From Promethearchaeia archaeon (lineage in GTDB: Archaea > Asgardarchaeota > Lokiarchaeia > Sigyniarchaeales > SOKP01): DNA of 64,000 bases. The DNA is taken from positions 32,001-96,000 of the forward strand of contig JAWOCD010000040.1 of assembly GCA_046483985.1 (NCBI GenBank), given 5' to 3'. Positions 30,751 to 39,139 of the stretch are shown piece by piece. Position 1 is the first letter of the stretch; every line of letters begins with the position of its first letter. The position numbers and the translations under genes are program-made. The notes beneath the pieces are model-generated. The model had not been told where the DNA came from. It made no database searches and worked only from the letters and a program-made list of their open reading frames with translations.

Positions 30751-31170
30751 TTATTTTGTCCCATAGAGCTCGTCAACTTTTTGAGAGATCTCTTCCGCTA
30801 TAATTTTTGCTAATTTCAAACCTTTATCTCCTAAGCGTCTTGAACTATCTGGAATTAATTCTGGGTGGGCATCCATAAATTCTTTAACATTAACCATCGC
30901 CGCGGGTTTTCCACTATATTTATCTACGGCAACCCTTGCACATTCCTCTTCACAGCCTTCTACAGTAATGGTTGGATGATTCTTAGCAAAATCTCTCTCT
31001 TCTTGGCCTCCATGTCTTTCCAAACCCCCAGCCATAAAGAGTGGTTGGCATAAAATGATTGTTCGATTGGGACGTAATTCTTCAACGACCATTCTTGCAG
31101 CCGCTCTTGTTAAGGTACCCCCAACTAAATCTTCTCCACTACAAGCGATAATCCCTACTTTTTTTTTCAA
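30751..31170 (-). CDS. DGC-type putative zinc/metal-binding protein
   Basis: IIACSG...LC...VEGCEEEC; TTG start at 31170 behind GAGGAGG is preferred over 31209. Confidence 0.75.
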   Translation of the reverse strand: MKKKVGIIACSGEDLVGGTLTRAAARMVVEELRPNRTIILCQPLFMAGGLERHGGQEERDFAKNHPTITVEGCEEECARVAVDKYSGKPAAMVNVKEFMDAHPELIPDSSRRLGDKGLKLAKIIAEEISQKVDELYGTK

Positions 31171-31171
31171 C

Positions 31172-31594
31172 TTAATCCTCCTCCTTCTCATTATTATGAA
31201 GTAATTCATCTACTTTAGTAGCTATTTTTTCGGCAAGTTTTTTTGATAATTTTTTTGTATTTTCGCCAATGGGTATAATTTTTTGTTCTGGTTTAAGATC
31301 TCGATTCTCTTTTACCACATCTGTGGTCATAAATTGAGCGTCCACCTTACCAGTAGCTTTTTTGAGGTCGTTAAATGAGCATTTTAGAGGGCATCCATCA
31401 ACCGAAATTACATAATTTTCTTTCATTTTTTTGATTGTTTCGTCTTTCCCCTTAACAATCAATGGTAAACATTCGATTTCTGCTTTTTTTTTAGCCAATT
31501 CATCCACAACAATATAAGCCGCTTCTCTGCCAATGCTACCAAAAACTTTCCCTATTCCACTACAAGGTATAATATATACTTTTTTCTTATTCAT
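31172..31594 (-). CDS. DGC-type putative zinc/metal-binding protein
   Basis: IIPCSG...ECL...VDGCPLKC. Confidence 0.8.
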   Translation of the reverse strand: MNKKKVYIIPCSGIGKVFGSIGREAAYIVVDELAKKKAEIECLPLIVKGKDETIKKMKENYVISVDGCPLKCSFNDLKKATGKVDAQFMTTDVVKENRDLKPEQKIIPIGENTKKLSKKLAEKIATKVDELLHNNEKEED

Positions 31595-31605
31595 TTCACA
31601 TACAT

Positions 31606-32481
31606 CTATTCTTTTTTATGATGATTTTTTTCCTTTTCCGCTTTATCTTTCATATATTTAAAATAATCTGGACCATCCATCAAAAATTCCTTATCTTCTT
31701 CAAAATTTTCTAATTTTATTTCGGCAAACCACCCTTTTTGATAAGCATCTTTATTCAATAATTCGGGTTGGTCATTTAAGTTGTGATTAATATTTATAAT
31801 CTCTCCAGAGGCAGGAGAAATAAGCTGCAGAACCGTTTTTGTAGATTCAAAATTCCCTACGTCATCAAATTGTTCAATCTTTTTACCTTTTTCTGGAAGA
31901 TCAACAAATAAGATATCACCAGCACTATTTTGTAAATAGTCCGAAATTCCAAGAAGTGCAGTATCTCCTACTGGTTTTACCCAACAATCGTTCTCATTAA
32001 AATAGTATCCCGATTTTGGGACTCGAAATCTGTATTTATCGATAACCGTTTCAAAATAGTTAATTTCATCAAATTCTCTTTCTTTGCCTTCAATTTTCTC
32101 CTTAGGCTCTGTTAATTCGTCCATGATATATTTAGAAATTTTTTCTACTAATTTTTCTCCTTCTTCAGTTAAAGTTAAATCCTTACCAGGTTTCATCTTA
32201 AATTTTTTCAACATCTCCGGTATTGAAACTCTTAAAACAATATTGGATTGAATATTCTTAACTAATTTGGTTGCACAACGTGTCATACATCCATCGATAA
32301 TTATGACTTTATAGTTAGTTACCATTTCTTCATATTTTTCGTTTCCCGAATTCAATGATACCGGACAAATAATTTTGATATTATCTTCCATTTCATTGAG
32401 TTTTAAGGCGACTTCTCTTGCGACTACGCCAAGAATCTTATCTAATCCATTACACGGCAAAACACATAGTTTTTCTTTCAT
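31606..32481 (-). CDS. DGC domain fused to glycine-cleavage H-like lipoyl domain
   Basis: N-term LPCNG..ICP..IDGCMTRC; C-term GISDYLQNSAGDILFVDLP..FESTKTV..SPASGEI..PELLNKDAYQKGW with the lipoyl Lys position retained. Confidence 0.85.
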   Translation of the reverse strand: MKEKLCVLPCNGLDKILGVVAREVALKLNEMEDNIKIICPVSLNSGNEKYEEMVTNYKVIIIDGCMTRCATKLVKNIQSNIVLRVSIPEMLKKFKMKPGKDLTLTEEGEKLVEKISKYIMDELTEPKEKIEGKEREFDEINYFETVIDKYRFRVPKSGYYFNENDCWVKPVGDTALLGISDYLQNSAGDILFVDLPEKGKKIEQFDDVGNFESTKTVLQLISPASGEIININHNLNDQPELLNKDAYQKGWFAEIKLENFEEDKEFLMDGPDYFKYMKDKAEKEKNHHKKE

Positions 32482-32500
32482 AAAGACACCCTAAAATTTT

Positions 32501-32797
32501 TTATTTCCCTCTAATCTTTTTAATCTGAGCCTTAACGTCTTTTTTATCTGGAAAAGAAAGTGCGTCCAAAGGACATGCTTTTGAACACGCTCGACAAAAC
32601 ACAACACAATTATGGGGATGTTTAACAATTAATTTTTTTTCCTCGCTTTCTATTTTTTCAAAGACATCATGCGGACAAAATTCAGTACAATCCATACAAA
32701 AATCGCACTTATCATAGTCTATTGTTGGATGCCATTCAATTTTATTTCGTGGGACTCCCATAAATGTTTCTTTATTTGAATCATATCCCTTACTCAT
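32501..32797 (-). CDS. Ferredoxin (4Fe-4S dicluster)
   Basis: CDFCMDCTEFCP and CVVFCRACSKACP; second ATG (32797) fits the SD spacing. Confidence 0.85.
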   Translation of the reverse strand: MSKGYDSNKETFMGVPRNKIEWHPTIDYDKCDFCMDCTEFCPHDVFEKIESEEKKLIVKHPHNCVVFCRACSKACPLDALSFPDKKDVKAQIKKIRGK

Positions 32798-33185
32798 TAT
32801 TCTCATCCTCCTTGATTTCTTTTAATGTTTTTTCTACTAAATCCACGGCTTCTTGAGTTGTCATTTCTCTTATATCTAGAGGGACTAGATCTTCTTTAAC
32901 ATCTAATCCCGCCTTTTTAAATGCGTCCTTGAATAGTTTATATTGCATGGTTGCAGCACATCCAGCAACCATATATTTTTTTCCAGCTTTTAGAAAATCA
33001 TCCCAAAACCTATCGCCATCTTCCTCACATAATTGTGGGTGGATAAATCCGTATTCCACGGGTAATTCAATTCGAACTTGGTTAATGAAATCCCAAATAT
33101 CCATCTTGGCAAAACCAGGACATTTTCCCGTGCAGACACACATTATAAATCCAATCTTTTTTTCTTCTTGTGCTTCTGAACTCAT
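32790..33185 (-). CDS. Stand-alone HdrA N-terminal-like Cys/Fe-S module
   Basis: IGFIMCVC..C, HPQLC, VAGC, LDIRE pattern parallels RIGVFVCEC..YSC..VAAC..SIRE in the HdrA at 46702..50238. Confidence 0.7.
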   Translation of the reverse strand: MSSEAQEEKKIGFIMCVCTGKCPGFAKMDIWDFINQVRIELPVEYGFIHPQLCEEDGDRFWDDFLKAGKKYMVAGCAATMQYKLFKDAFKKAGLDVKEDLVPLDIREMTTQEAVDLVEKTLKEIKEDENNE

Positions 33186-33250
33186 TCAAATCATTCTTAA
33201 GTTTAATTTAGTTTTATTTAATTAAGTTAACTTTTTTATATTTATAAATG

Positions 33251-33268
33251 TATGCATTAATACGCATA
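33251..33268. promoter_or_regulatory. Putative ArsR operator 1 (TATG-N10-CATA)
   Basis: TATGCATTAATACGCATA inverted repeat in the divergent intergenic region. Confidence 0.6.
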
Positions 33269-33343
33269 GATGCATAAAGTTTCTCTCTTATATTTTAAAT
33301 TCCTTAAACTTATATTAGAATAAGAATATTTTTAATTTGAATA

Positions 33344-33361
33344 TATGTAAAATAATACATA
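33344..33361. promoter_or_regulatory. Putative ArsR operator 2 (TATG-N10-CATA)
   Basis: TATGTAAAATAATACATA, same spacing as operator 1, 11 nt before the arsR ATG. Confidence 0.6.
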
Positions 33362-33372
33362 CATAAATCAAA

Positions 33373-33696
33373 ATGGATCTAAAACCACTAAAAATAAAAA
33401 CATTAAAAGCATTATCGGATGAAACAAGATTAGAGATAATAAGTCTTCTACGTCATGGTGAGGAGCTTTGTGGATGTGAGCTCGAAAAGGTAATTGATAA
33501 ATCCCAATCGACAATCTCCAGACATTTAAAGAAACTTGAAGAGGCAGATTTGGTCGAAAGGCGAAGAGAAGGAGTTAAAGTACTTTATAGAATTAAAGAT
33601 CCTAAGATATACAAATTACTAGCTGTTCTTAATAATTTAATAAAAAGGAACAATAAATTTAAAAAAATCGTAGAACTTCAAAAAGAAATAAAATAA
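33373..33696 (+). CDS. arsR: ArsR/SmtB metalloregulator with alpha3 Cys site
   Basis: KALSDETRLEII, ELCGCEL, SQSTISRHLKKL, RREG. Confidence 0.88.
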   Translation: MDLKPLKIKTLKALSDETRLEIISLLRHGEELCGCELEKVIDKSQSTISRHLKKLEEADLVERRREGVKVLYRIKDPKIYKLLAVLNNLIKRNNKFKKIVELQKEIK

Positions 33697-33708
33697 ACAA
33701 AAGGTGGA

Positions 33709-33990
33709 ATGATTAAATTGAAAGAAAATGAGAAATTAAAGATCGATATTTATGTGCCATTAAATGTTTGCTCGTGCCAATGGGAGGGTTTTATGAACTC
33801 TATATTTGCAGAGCTTAAAAAATACAAGGAGCATATTGATTTCCAAACAAAAAATCTTAAATCTGAAGAAGCAAGGAAATTAAATTTGCATGGAAATAGT
33901 GTAGTTATTAATGATGAGGAAGTCGTTAAATCTTCGTTTAATCTCAAGAGAAAATTACCGAAAATCTTAGAAGAAAAGGGCTTGATTTAA
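33709..33990 (+). CDS. Small CxC protein, possible thioredoxin-like fold
   Basis: KIDIYVPLNVCSCQW...SVVINDE; co-oriented with arsR. Confidence 0.55.
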   Translation: MIKLKENEKLKIDIYVPLNVCSCQWEGFMNSIFAELKKYKEHIDFQTKNLKSEEARKLNLHGNSVVINDEEVVKSSFNLKRKLPKILEEKGLI

Positions 33991-33992
33991 AG

Positions 33993-34454
33993 TTGAATGA
34001 ACACAAAAAAAGTCTTGATAATATAGTTTTAATTCCTTGTTCTGGGTCTGAATATAATGGGGAATTAGCCCGCCAAGTAGCTATTAGATTAAATGACGAG
34101 GGAGTTATTTCCAAAAATAGTTCTATGTTATGTTCGACTACATTTTTAAAAAACATCTTGCTCGAAAAACAATCCTTGGTGGATATCACAAAAAATAATC
34201 TTAAATCAAGTTTTCTTATTGTAATAGAGGGATGTAAAAGTTCGTGTAAAAGTCTTATCCTTAAACAATTAGGGATAAACCCCGATATGATTTTTCACGT
34301 AGATCAAATTGTACCCAAAGAAAGATTAAATCTGAGTGATCTTGAGGTCTTTAAAAACCGTCCTCGACTCAGTAATATTAAAAAAGACGATATCTCAAAA
34401 ATGGTTGATTATATTATAAAGAGTCTAAAAGAAAAGGGATATAATCTTAATTAA
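33993..34454 (+). CDS. DGC-type putative zinc/metal-binding protein
   Basis: LIPCSG...LCS...IEGCKSSC. Confidence 0.75.
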   Translation: MNEHKKSLDNIVLIPCSGSEYNGELARQVAIRLNDEGVISKNSSMLCSTTFLKNILLEKQSLVDITKNNLKSSFLIVIEGCKSSCKSLILKQLGINPDMIFHVDQIVPKERLNLSDLEVFKNRPRLSNIKKDDISKMVDYIIKSLKEKGYNLN

Positions 34455-34472
34455 ACGATTCGGAGTTTACCA

Positions 34473-34507
34473 CTAGAGTGCGAGAAAGCACCGTCCTTTG
34501 TTGTTCA
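34473..34507 (+). mobile_element. IS200/IS605 left-end remnant
   Basis: TAGAGTGCGAGAAAGCACCGT is near-identical to 38877-38897; ends GTTCA like the right end at 39091. Confidence 0.65.
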
Positions 34508-34542
34508 ATTAATATAAATGGATACATTATAGGTCGAAAAAG

Positions 34543-35193
34543 TTGGAAGTCAATTTTTTAGTAGCTTTTTTAGCAGGATTAGTAATCGGAGCAACACCTT
34601 GTATTTTGTTAATGCTTAGTGCTTTTGGATCCTCTTTAATATTAAGGGGAGAACGAAAAAATTTCATTAATATTTCCCTCGGTTTATTGTCAGGTTTTGT
34701 ACTTGGATATATATTTATTTCCATTATCTTTTTATTTTTTGTGCCAATGTTTGAGATGCTCTATTATTTCAAATATATATTTGCGGGAATCTTGATTTTT
34801 ATAGGAATTTGGCAAATTCTTGATTATAAAAATGAGGACAGCAGAGTTTTTAGTACACCCCAAAAGGTAAAATCAGTATTGAAAAATTTTATTAAAAAAA
34901 GAACAGGGACTTATGCGCTTTTAGTTGGAATCATATTTGTCTTTATTAAAATGCCTTGTTTTGGCGGTGTATATTTGTCCCTTCTTTATAATCTGCATAA
35001 AAACCCTCTTCTTTATGTATTTATAATGTGGTATATAATAGGTATGTTAATGCCTATCACTCTGATCTTGATTTTACTCCGATTAGGTTTAAAATATAAA
35101 AAAATTAATAATTTCAGATTAAAATATCGGCCATATTTGAGGTTATTAAGTGGAGGAGTTTTAGTATTTCTTGCAATCTATTTACTGATATAG
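34543..35193 (+). CDS. CcdA/DsbD-like transmembrane thiol-redox protein
   Basis: About six TM helices with paired TPCIL and MPCFG motifs. Confidence 0.75.
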   Translation: MEVNFLVAFLAGLVIGATPCILLMLSAFGSSLILRGERKNFINISLGLLSGFVLGYIFISIIFLFFVPMFEMLYYFKYIFAGILIFIGIWQILDYKNEDSRVFSTPQKVKSVLKNFIKKRTGTYALLVGIIFVFIKMPCFGGVYLSLLYNLHKNPLLYVFIMWYIIGMLMPITLILILLRLGLKYKKINNFRLKYRPYLRLLSGGVLVFLAIYLLI

Positions 35194-35194
35194 G

Positions 35195-35226
35195 TTGAAC
35201 TATTCACGCCTAAAGGCGTGAGATAC
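35195..35226 (-). mobile_element. IS200/IS605 right-end hairpin remnant
   Basis: Minus strand GTATCTCACGCCTTTAGGCGTGAATAGTTCA: perfect hairpin followed by GTTCA, same layout as 39060-39091. Confidence 0.6.
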
Positions 35227-35369
35227 ATATACACTATTGGGTGATCATTACATTTATTTTTCTAATTTTGATTCTGGACCATATAAATCTCAAAGGTTTA
35301 TTAAACTCGTGGACACAATTTATAATTAGTAGAAACTTAATTGAATAATCTAATTTTGAGGAGAAGATC

Positions 35370-38300
35370 ATGCTTTCCGAAGACACAATAATATTGTTCG
35401 GAATTACCCCTGGGGTTACCGAATTCCGAAAAGTTTATAATATGCTCAAGTATTTTATGAAGGAAAAGAAGGAAATCGACTATAATGACAGATTTAACAT
35501 CATCTTTTTTACTGGTGAGGGGCCCAAGTATTTTGAGGATTTTACTTTAAATCCCGCTCATCTATTAGAGACCCTTAGTGACTCGAAGTCCGAGATAATA
35601 GAGGCGGATATTGCGGGGGGTATCTTTATCTCTGCTATGTACGTTGTTGAAGTATTTCAGAAGATCTCGGGGAAGTGCTTTCGAATGATTATTCTTTCCG
35701 ATTCGGGATCAAAAAAAATTCCTGAAAAACAAATGTCCTTTCTCTCCGATTTGTTAGAAAAAATTACGGATATACCATTCATTATGGACGCCGTTCGAAT
35801 AGATGGGGATGACCCCCGAGATGATTTACGATTGATGAAATTAGCGCGACGGACTGGAGGAGATCTTTATGAGATTGACGAAATAGATCAAGAAGCTGCA
35901 GAAGCGGAAACCTCTGCTAAGGAAAAGGAGAAAACGGTAATCGAAATGCTTGGAAAGTTATCCCGAACTCCACTCAATCTTGCCAAGAAACTGAAAAAAG
36001 AAGTACAAGAAGAGGAAATGCAGGAAAAAGAACAATTCAGCGACCTCCAAGATGTCTTAAATCATCTAAAGGGCAAAAAGAAGGTGGAAGCCGAATTATT
36101 TGAGGTAAATAATATGGAAGATATTCCTCCAAAAAAAAGGGTATTTTATGAGGGATTAGGCGAGCCCCTTCAGCCAGTAGGCGGGGAAGGAAATAAACGG
36201 TGCATGATCTGCTTCACGTCTTTAAAAAATCAAGAGTTACTAAAGTGCCCCAATTGTAAGAATATTGCACATAAAATCTGCTTTGCCATCTGGGCAAAGA
36301 AATCAAACATAGGCATTCCCCACATATTTCGATGTCCTAATTGCTATAGTTTAATTAAAATGGACAGCGATTTAATTAAAAAGGTAAATAGAGTGAAAAC
36401 GCCCACCATTGAGGTGTGTAAGGATCTTGAAAACGTTTGCTTGGAAGAATACTTGGAATCCTTGGAATCTCCCGAAGGACCTAAAGTGATTACCTCAGAG
36501 GAAGGGAGTTTTAGTGAAGTGGAAGAAGAGACGGAAGAAGAATCCAAACAGAAAGTGGAAACGGAAGGAGTATCTAAAAGGGCAGAAACAGATGATAAAG
36601 AATTGAAAATGATATGGTGTCCCAAGTGTGGAAAGATGATTACCAATGAATATAATCGCTGTCCACAGTGTGGATATAAATTAAGAAAAGTAAAACCGAG
36701 CGAAGGGAGGGAAGCAGCATCACAACGGCAAGAAGAAGCAGAGATTTTATCACAAATTAGTGAACTAAAGGTCAAGGAAAAAAGCGATCTAAAGGCCAAA
36801 AATCACAGGCAAGCAATTCAAAAAGCCCAGAAGATTAGAAAGTTGGCCAAACAGTTGGGAAAAGAAGAAATGGTACAAGAACAAGAAAACTTTATAGAGA
36901 AAGTAGAGGAAGAACGGAACCTTGGAGAGATGAGGAAAGATTACAATAGGAAATTCAGTTATTTAAAGAATAAAGTCAGCAATTTACTTAAACACAATGC
37001 CATTTCCAAAGCCTATCAAGCTGTAGAGGATTTCTCTGTACAAAATGAGGATTTAATTTCATCTCTTGCAACCCCCGAATATGAAAAATTTAAAACAAAG
37101 ATTACAGATCTGTATCAAGGAAAAGGTAAACAAGAGAAGAAAAAGACCAAAACAGGAGGGATAAAACAAGTAAGTAGTCAAGCAACTGAAGAAGATATTT
37201 GGGAAAAATTGGATGAAAAGGAAGGCGAGATTAAATCAAAGATAGGGGAAATAACAAAATTAAACGAAGCTCGGAAACAAATCTCTCAAAAAGTTGAAAA
37301 TCACGAATATGATGGAGCCATCAAAATTTTAAACTCCGCGATTGATGACATAAGCAGTCAAGAACTTGCAGAATATAAGAGGAGTTTGCAAGAAAAAAAA
37401 GCAAAAATTCGGAGAAAAAAGAAAAAGCATAACAACTTGTCCAAAAAAATAACAAAGGAACAAAAGAAATATGAGAAGAATCATAAGAAAGATAATCTTT
37501 ACGCTGCATTAAATTACGCCACGAATGTGAAATTGTTGGCAGGACAATTACAAAACGCTGAACTTAAAGAAAAGTATTCCGAAATTGAGAAAGATCTCGT
37601 AGAGGAAATAGAGGATCAAAAGGAAAAAGATGTCGTTGAAGGAGACGAATTGGAGGAGGACCTGAAATCCTTGGAAGATACCATTAAGATCGAGTATTTT
37701 GACGATGACCTTATCCCAATTATAAAAAAATACCATTTAGACGAATTAGAACAGAAACACGCGAACTCGGAAAAGATTATTAAGGTTGCTTCCAAACGTT
37801 TAAAAGAAAATCGTAATAAGATGAAAGAAAAAATAACGCAAGAGCTTATAGTATACTCTTCGAATGGTGAAGTTTTCCAAAAGCAAGCCCAACTCGGAAT
37901 TGAGAGAATAGAAAAGAGCAAAAAAGTCAAAAAGGACGTATTCAAAAAGATCGTAGAGTATAAAATAGAGTATAAGCCCAATTTCTCTGCGAAAAGAATT
38001 GAAGATCTAACAATTCAATTGAAGGTACCCTATCACTTCAAATTAACATCGCTTTTTATTCACGAGCAAGAATTTATCAATTTAGCGATAAAACAACCAA
38101 CTAAAGGTGGATTAAAATATTCTTTTATATTGGAGGATTTATCCCTTTCACGGGGATTCTCCATTCATTACCAGTTGGAGAGACATATTTCAAGGATTTT
38201 GCTCTTTACAAAAAAGAACTATCTGTACATGATCAAGTGCTTTTATAACGTTTCAGTCCCTTCAAGTGAAGCAAGCTCGAAGATTTTATTGCCCTTCGAT

Positions 38301-38636
38301 ATTAATGATGCACAGGATTTTAATTGGTTAATCATCGAAGATATATTTCCAATAAATTACAGCCCAGTTATTCTTGAACCAGAAAACTTGGAATGCGCAG
38401 AATCCTCTCTGGACGAAAAGGGAAAATTAGTCGGTTGGATTTTGGAAAATTTATCCGCGGGCACTCACTTATTTCAATATTTATTAGTTTCACCAGAGAA
38501 ACTCGCATTACTAACCAATTATCTTCAGAAAAAGCTTCAAAATGCAGATGCATTTTTACAACACGGGAATCTCATAGGTTTCAAAAAAAATGTGGAGGAG
38601 CTCAGTTCGATCATCCGTAAAGAGCTAAAATCATAA
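35370..38636 (+). CDS. vWA-like + C4HC3 zinc finger + zinc ribbon + coiled coil + beta-rich C-terminal protein
   Basis: DRFNIIF..MIILSDSG; CMIC..CPNC..AHKIC..W..CPNC; WCPKC..CPQC; paralog of 39140..40306. Confidence 0.75.
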   Translation: MLSEDTIILFGITPGVTEFRKVYNMLKYFMKEKKEIDYNDRFNIIFFTGEGPKYFEDFTLNPAHLLETLSDSKSEIIEADIAGGIFISAMYVVEVFQKISGKCFRMIILSDSGSKKIPEKQMSFLSDLLEKITDIPFIMDAVRIDGDDPRDDLRLMKLARRTGGDLYEIDEIDQEAAEAETSAKEKEKTVIEMLGKLSRTPLNLAKKLKKEVQEEEMQEKEQFSDLQDVLNHLKGKKKVEAELFEVNNMEDIPPKKRVFYEGLGEPLQPVGGEGNKRCMICFTSLKNQELLKCPNCKNIAHKICFAIWAKKSNIGIPHIFRCPNCYSLIKMDSDLIKKVNRVKTPTIEVCKDLENVCLEEYLESLESPEGPKVITSEEGSFSEVEEETEEESKQKVETEGVSKRAETDDKELKMIWCPKCGKMITNEYNRCPQCGYKLRKVKPSEGREAASQRQEEAEILSQISELKVKEKSDLKAKNHRQAIQKAQKIRKLAKQLGKEEMVQEQENFIEKVEEERNLGEMRKDYNRKFSYLKNKVSNLLKHNAISKAYQAVEDFSVQNEDLISSLATPEYEKFKTKITDLYQGKGKQEKKKTKTGGIKQVSSQATEEDIWEKLDEKEGEIKSKIGEITKLNEARKQISQKVENHEYDGAIKILNSAIDDISSQELAEYKRSLQEKKAKIRRKKKKHNNLSKKITKEQKKYEKNHKKDNLYAALNYATNVKLLAGQLQNAELKEKYSEIEKDLVEEIEDQKEKDVVEGDELEEDLKSLEDTIKIEYFDDDLIPIIKKYHLDELEQKHANSEKIIKVASKRLKENRNKMKEKITQELIVYSSNGEVFQKQAQLGIERIEKSKKVKKDVFKKIVEYKIEYKPNFSAKRIEDLTIQLKVPYHFKLTSLFIHEQEFINLAIKQPTKGGLKYSFILEDLSLSRGFSIHYQLERHISRILLFTKKNYLYMIKCFYNVSVPSSEASSKILLPFDINDAQDFNWLIIEDIFPINYSPVILEPENLECAESSLDEKGKLVGWILENLSAGTHLFQYLLVSPEKLALLTNYLQKKLQNADAFLQHGNLIGFKKNVEELSSIIRKELKS

Positions 38637-38876
38637 AGTTCGCACCAAATAAGGAAGAGCAGATACCCAAAAGTACCATTCACGGTATCTATGAAGGTAT
38701 AGCAAGAGAGGAGGAGTCTTTTCTCACAGAGAGTGTGTATTTATCTACATCCTCAGCTAATCTAACTTCAAGAGATTCCCTGAAATATTGTTGTCGATGC
38801 ATTTTTGAAAAGAGAGGAATTTATAGATTTCAAAAAAAACATAAAAGGTTAAAATAATAAACTCCCATTTAACCGT

Positions 38877-39091
38877 TAGAGTGCGAGAAAACACCGTTTT
38901 TCAAGGCGTTGATGAATCGCACATATATTTATAAAAGAGCGCTACTATAATGTAATTGATGGACGATAACCAAGTTCATCTCCAACCGTAGGGACTACGG
39001 GGCTGGCGTTTGGAGAAGATGTCAGACTGATGGTATGTCAGCAATCTTTGATGAATTACGAATCCATCGCCCTTTAGGGTGTGGTGGTTCA
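38877..39091 (+). mobile_element. Non-autonomous IS200/IS605 miniature element (left end, promoter, tnpA start, tnpB tail/omegaRNA, right end)
   Basis: Left-end hairpin GTGCGA..TCGCAC; TTTATAAA 38928-38935; ATG 38959 MDDNQVH; TnpB-like tail PTVGTTGLAFGEDVRLMVCQQSLMNYESIAL*; right end CCATCGCCCTTTAGGGTGTGGTGGTTCA. Confidence 0.85.
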
Positions 39092-39139
39092 AATGTTAAA
39101 CACAAATTTTAAAGCAAATTTTTTTCTGAATTGTGATTT

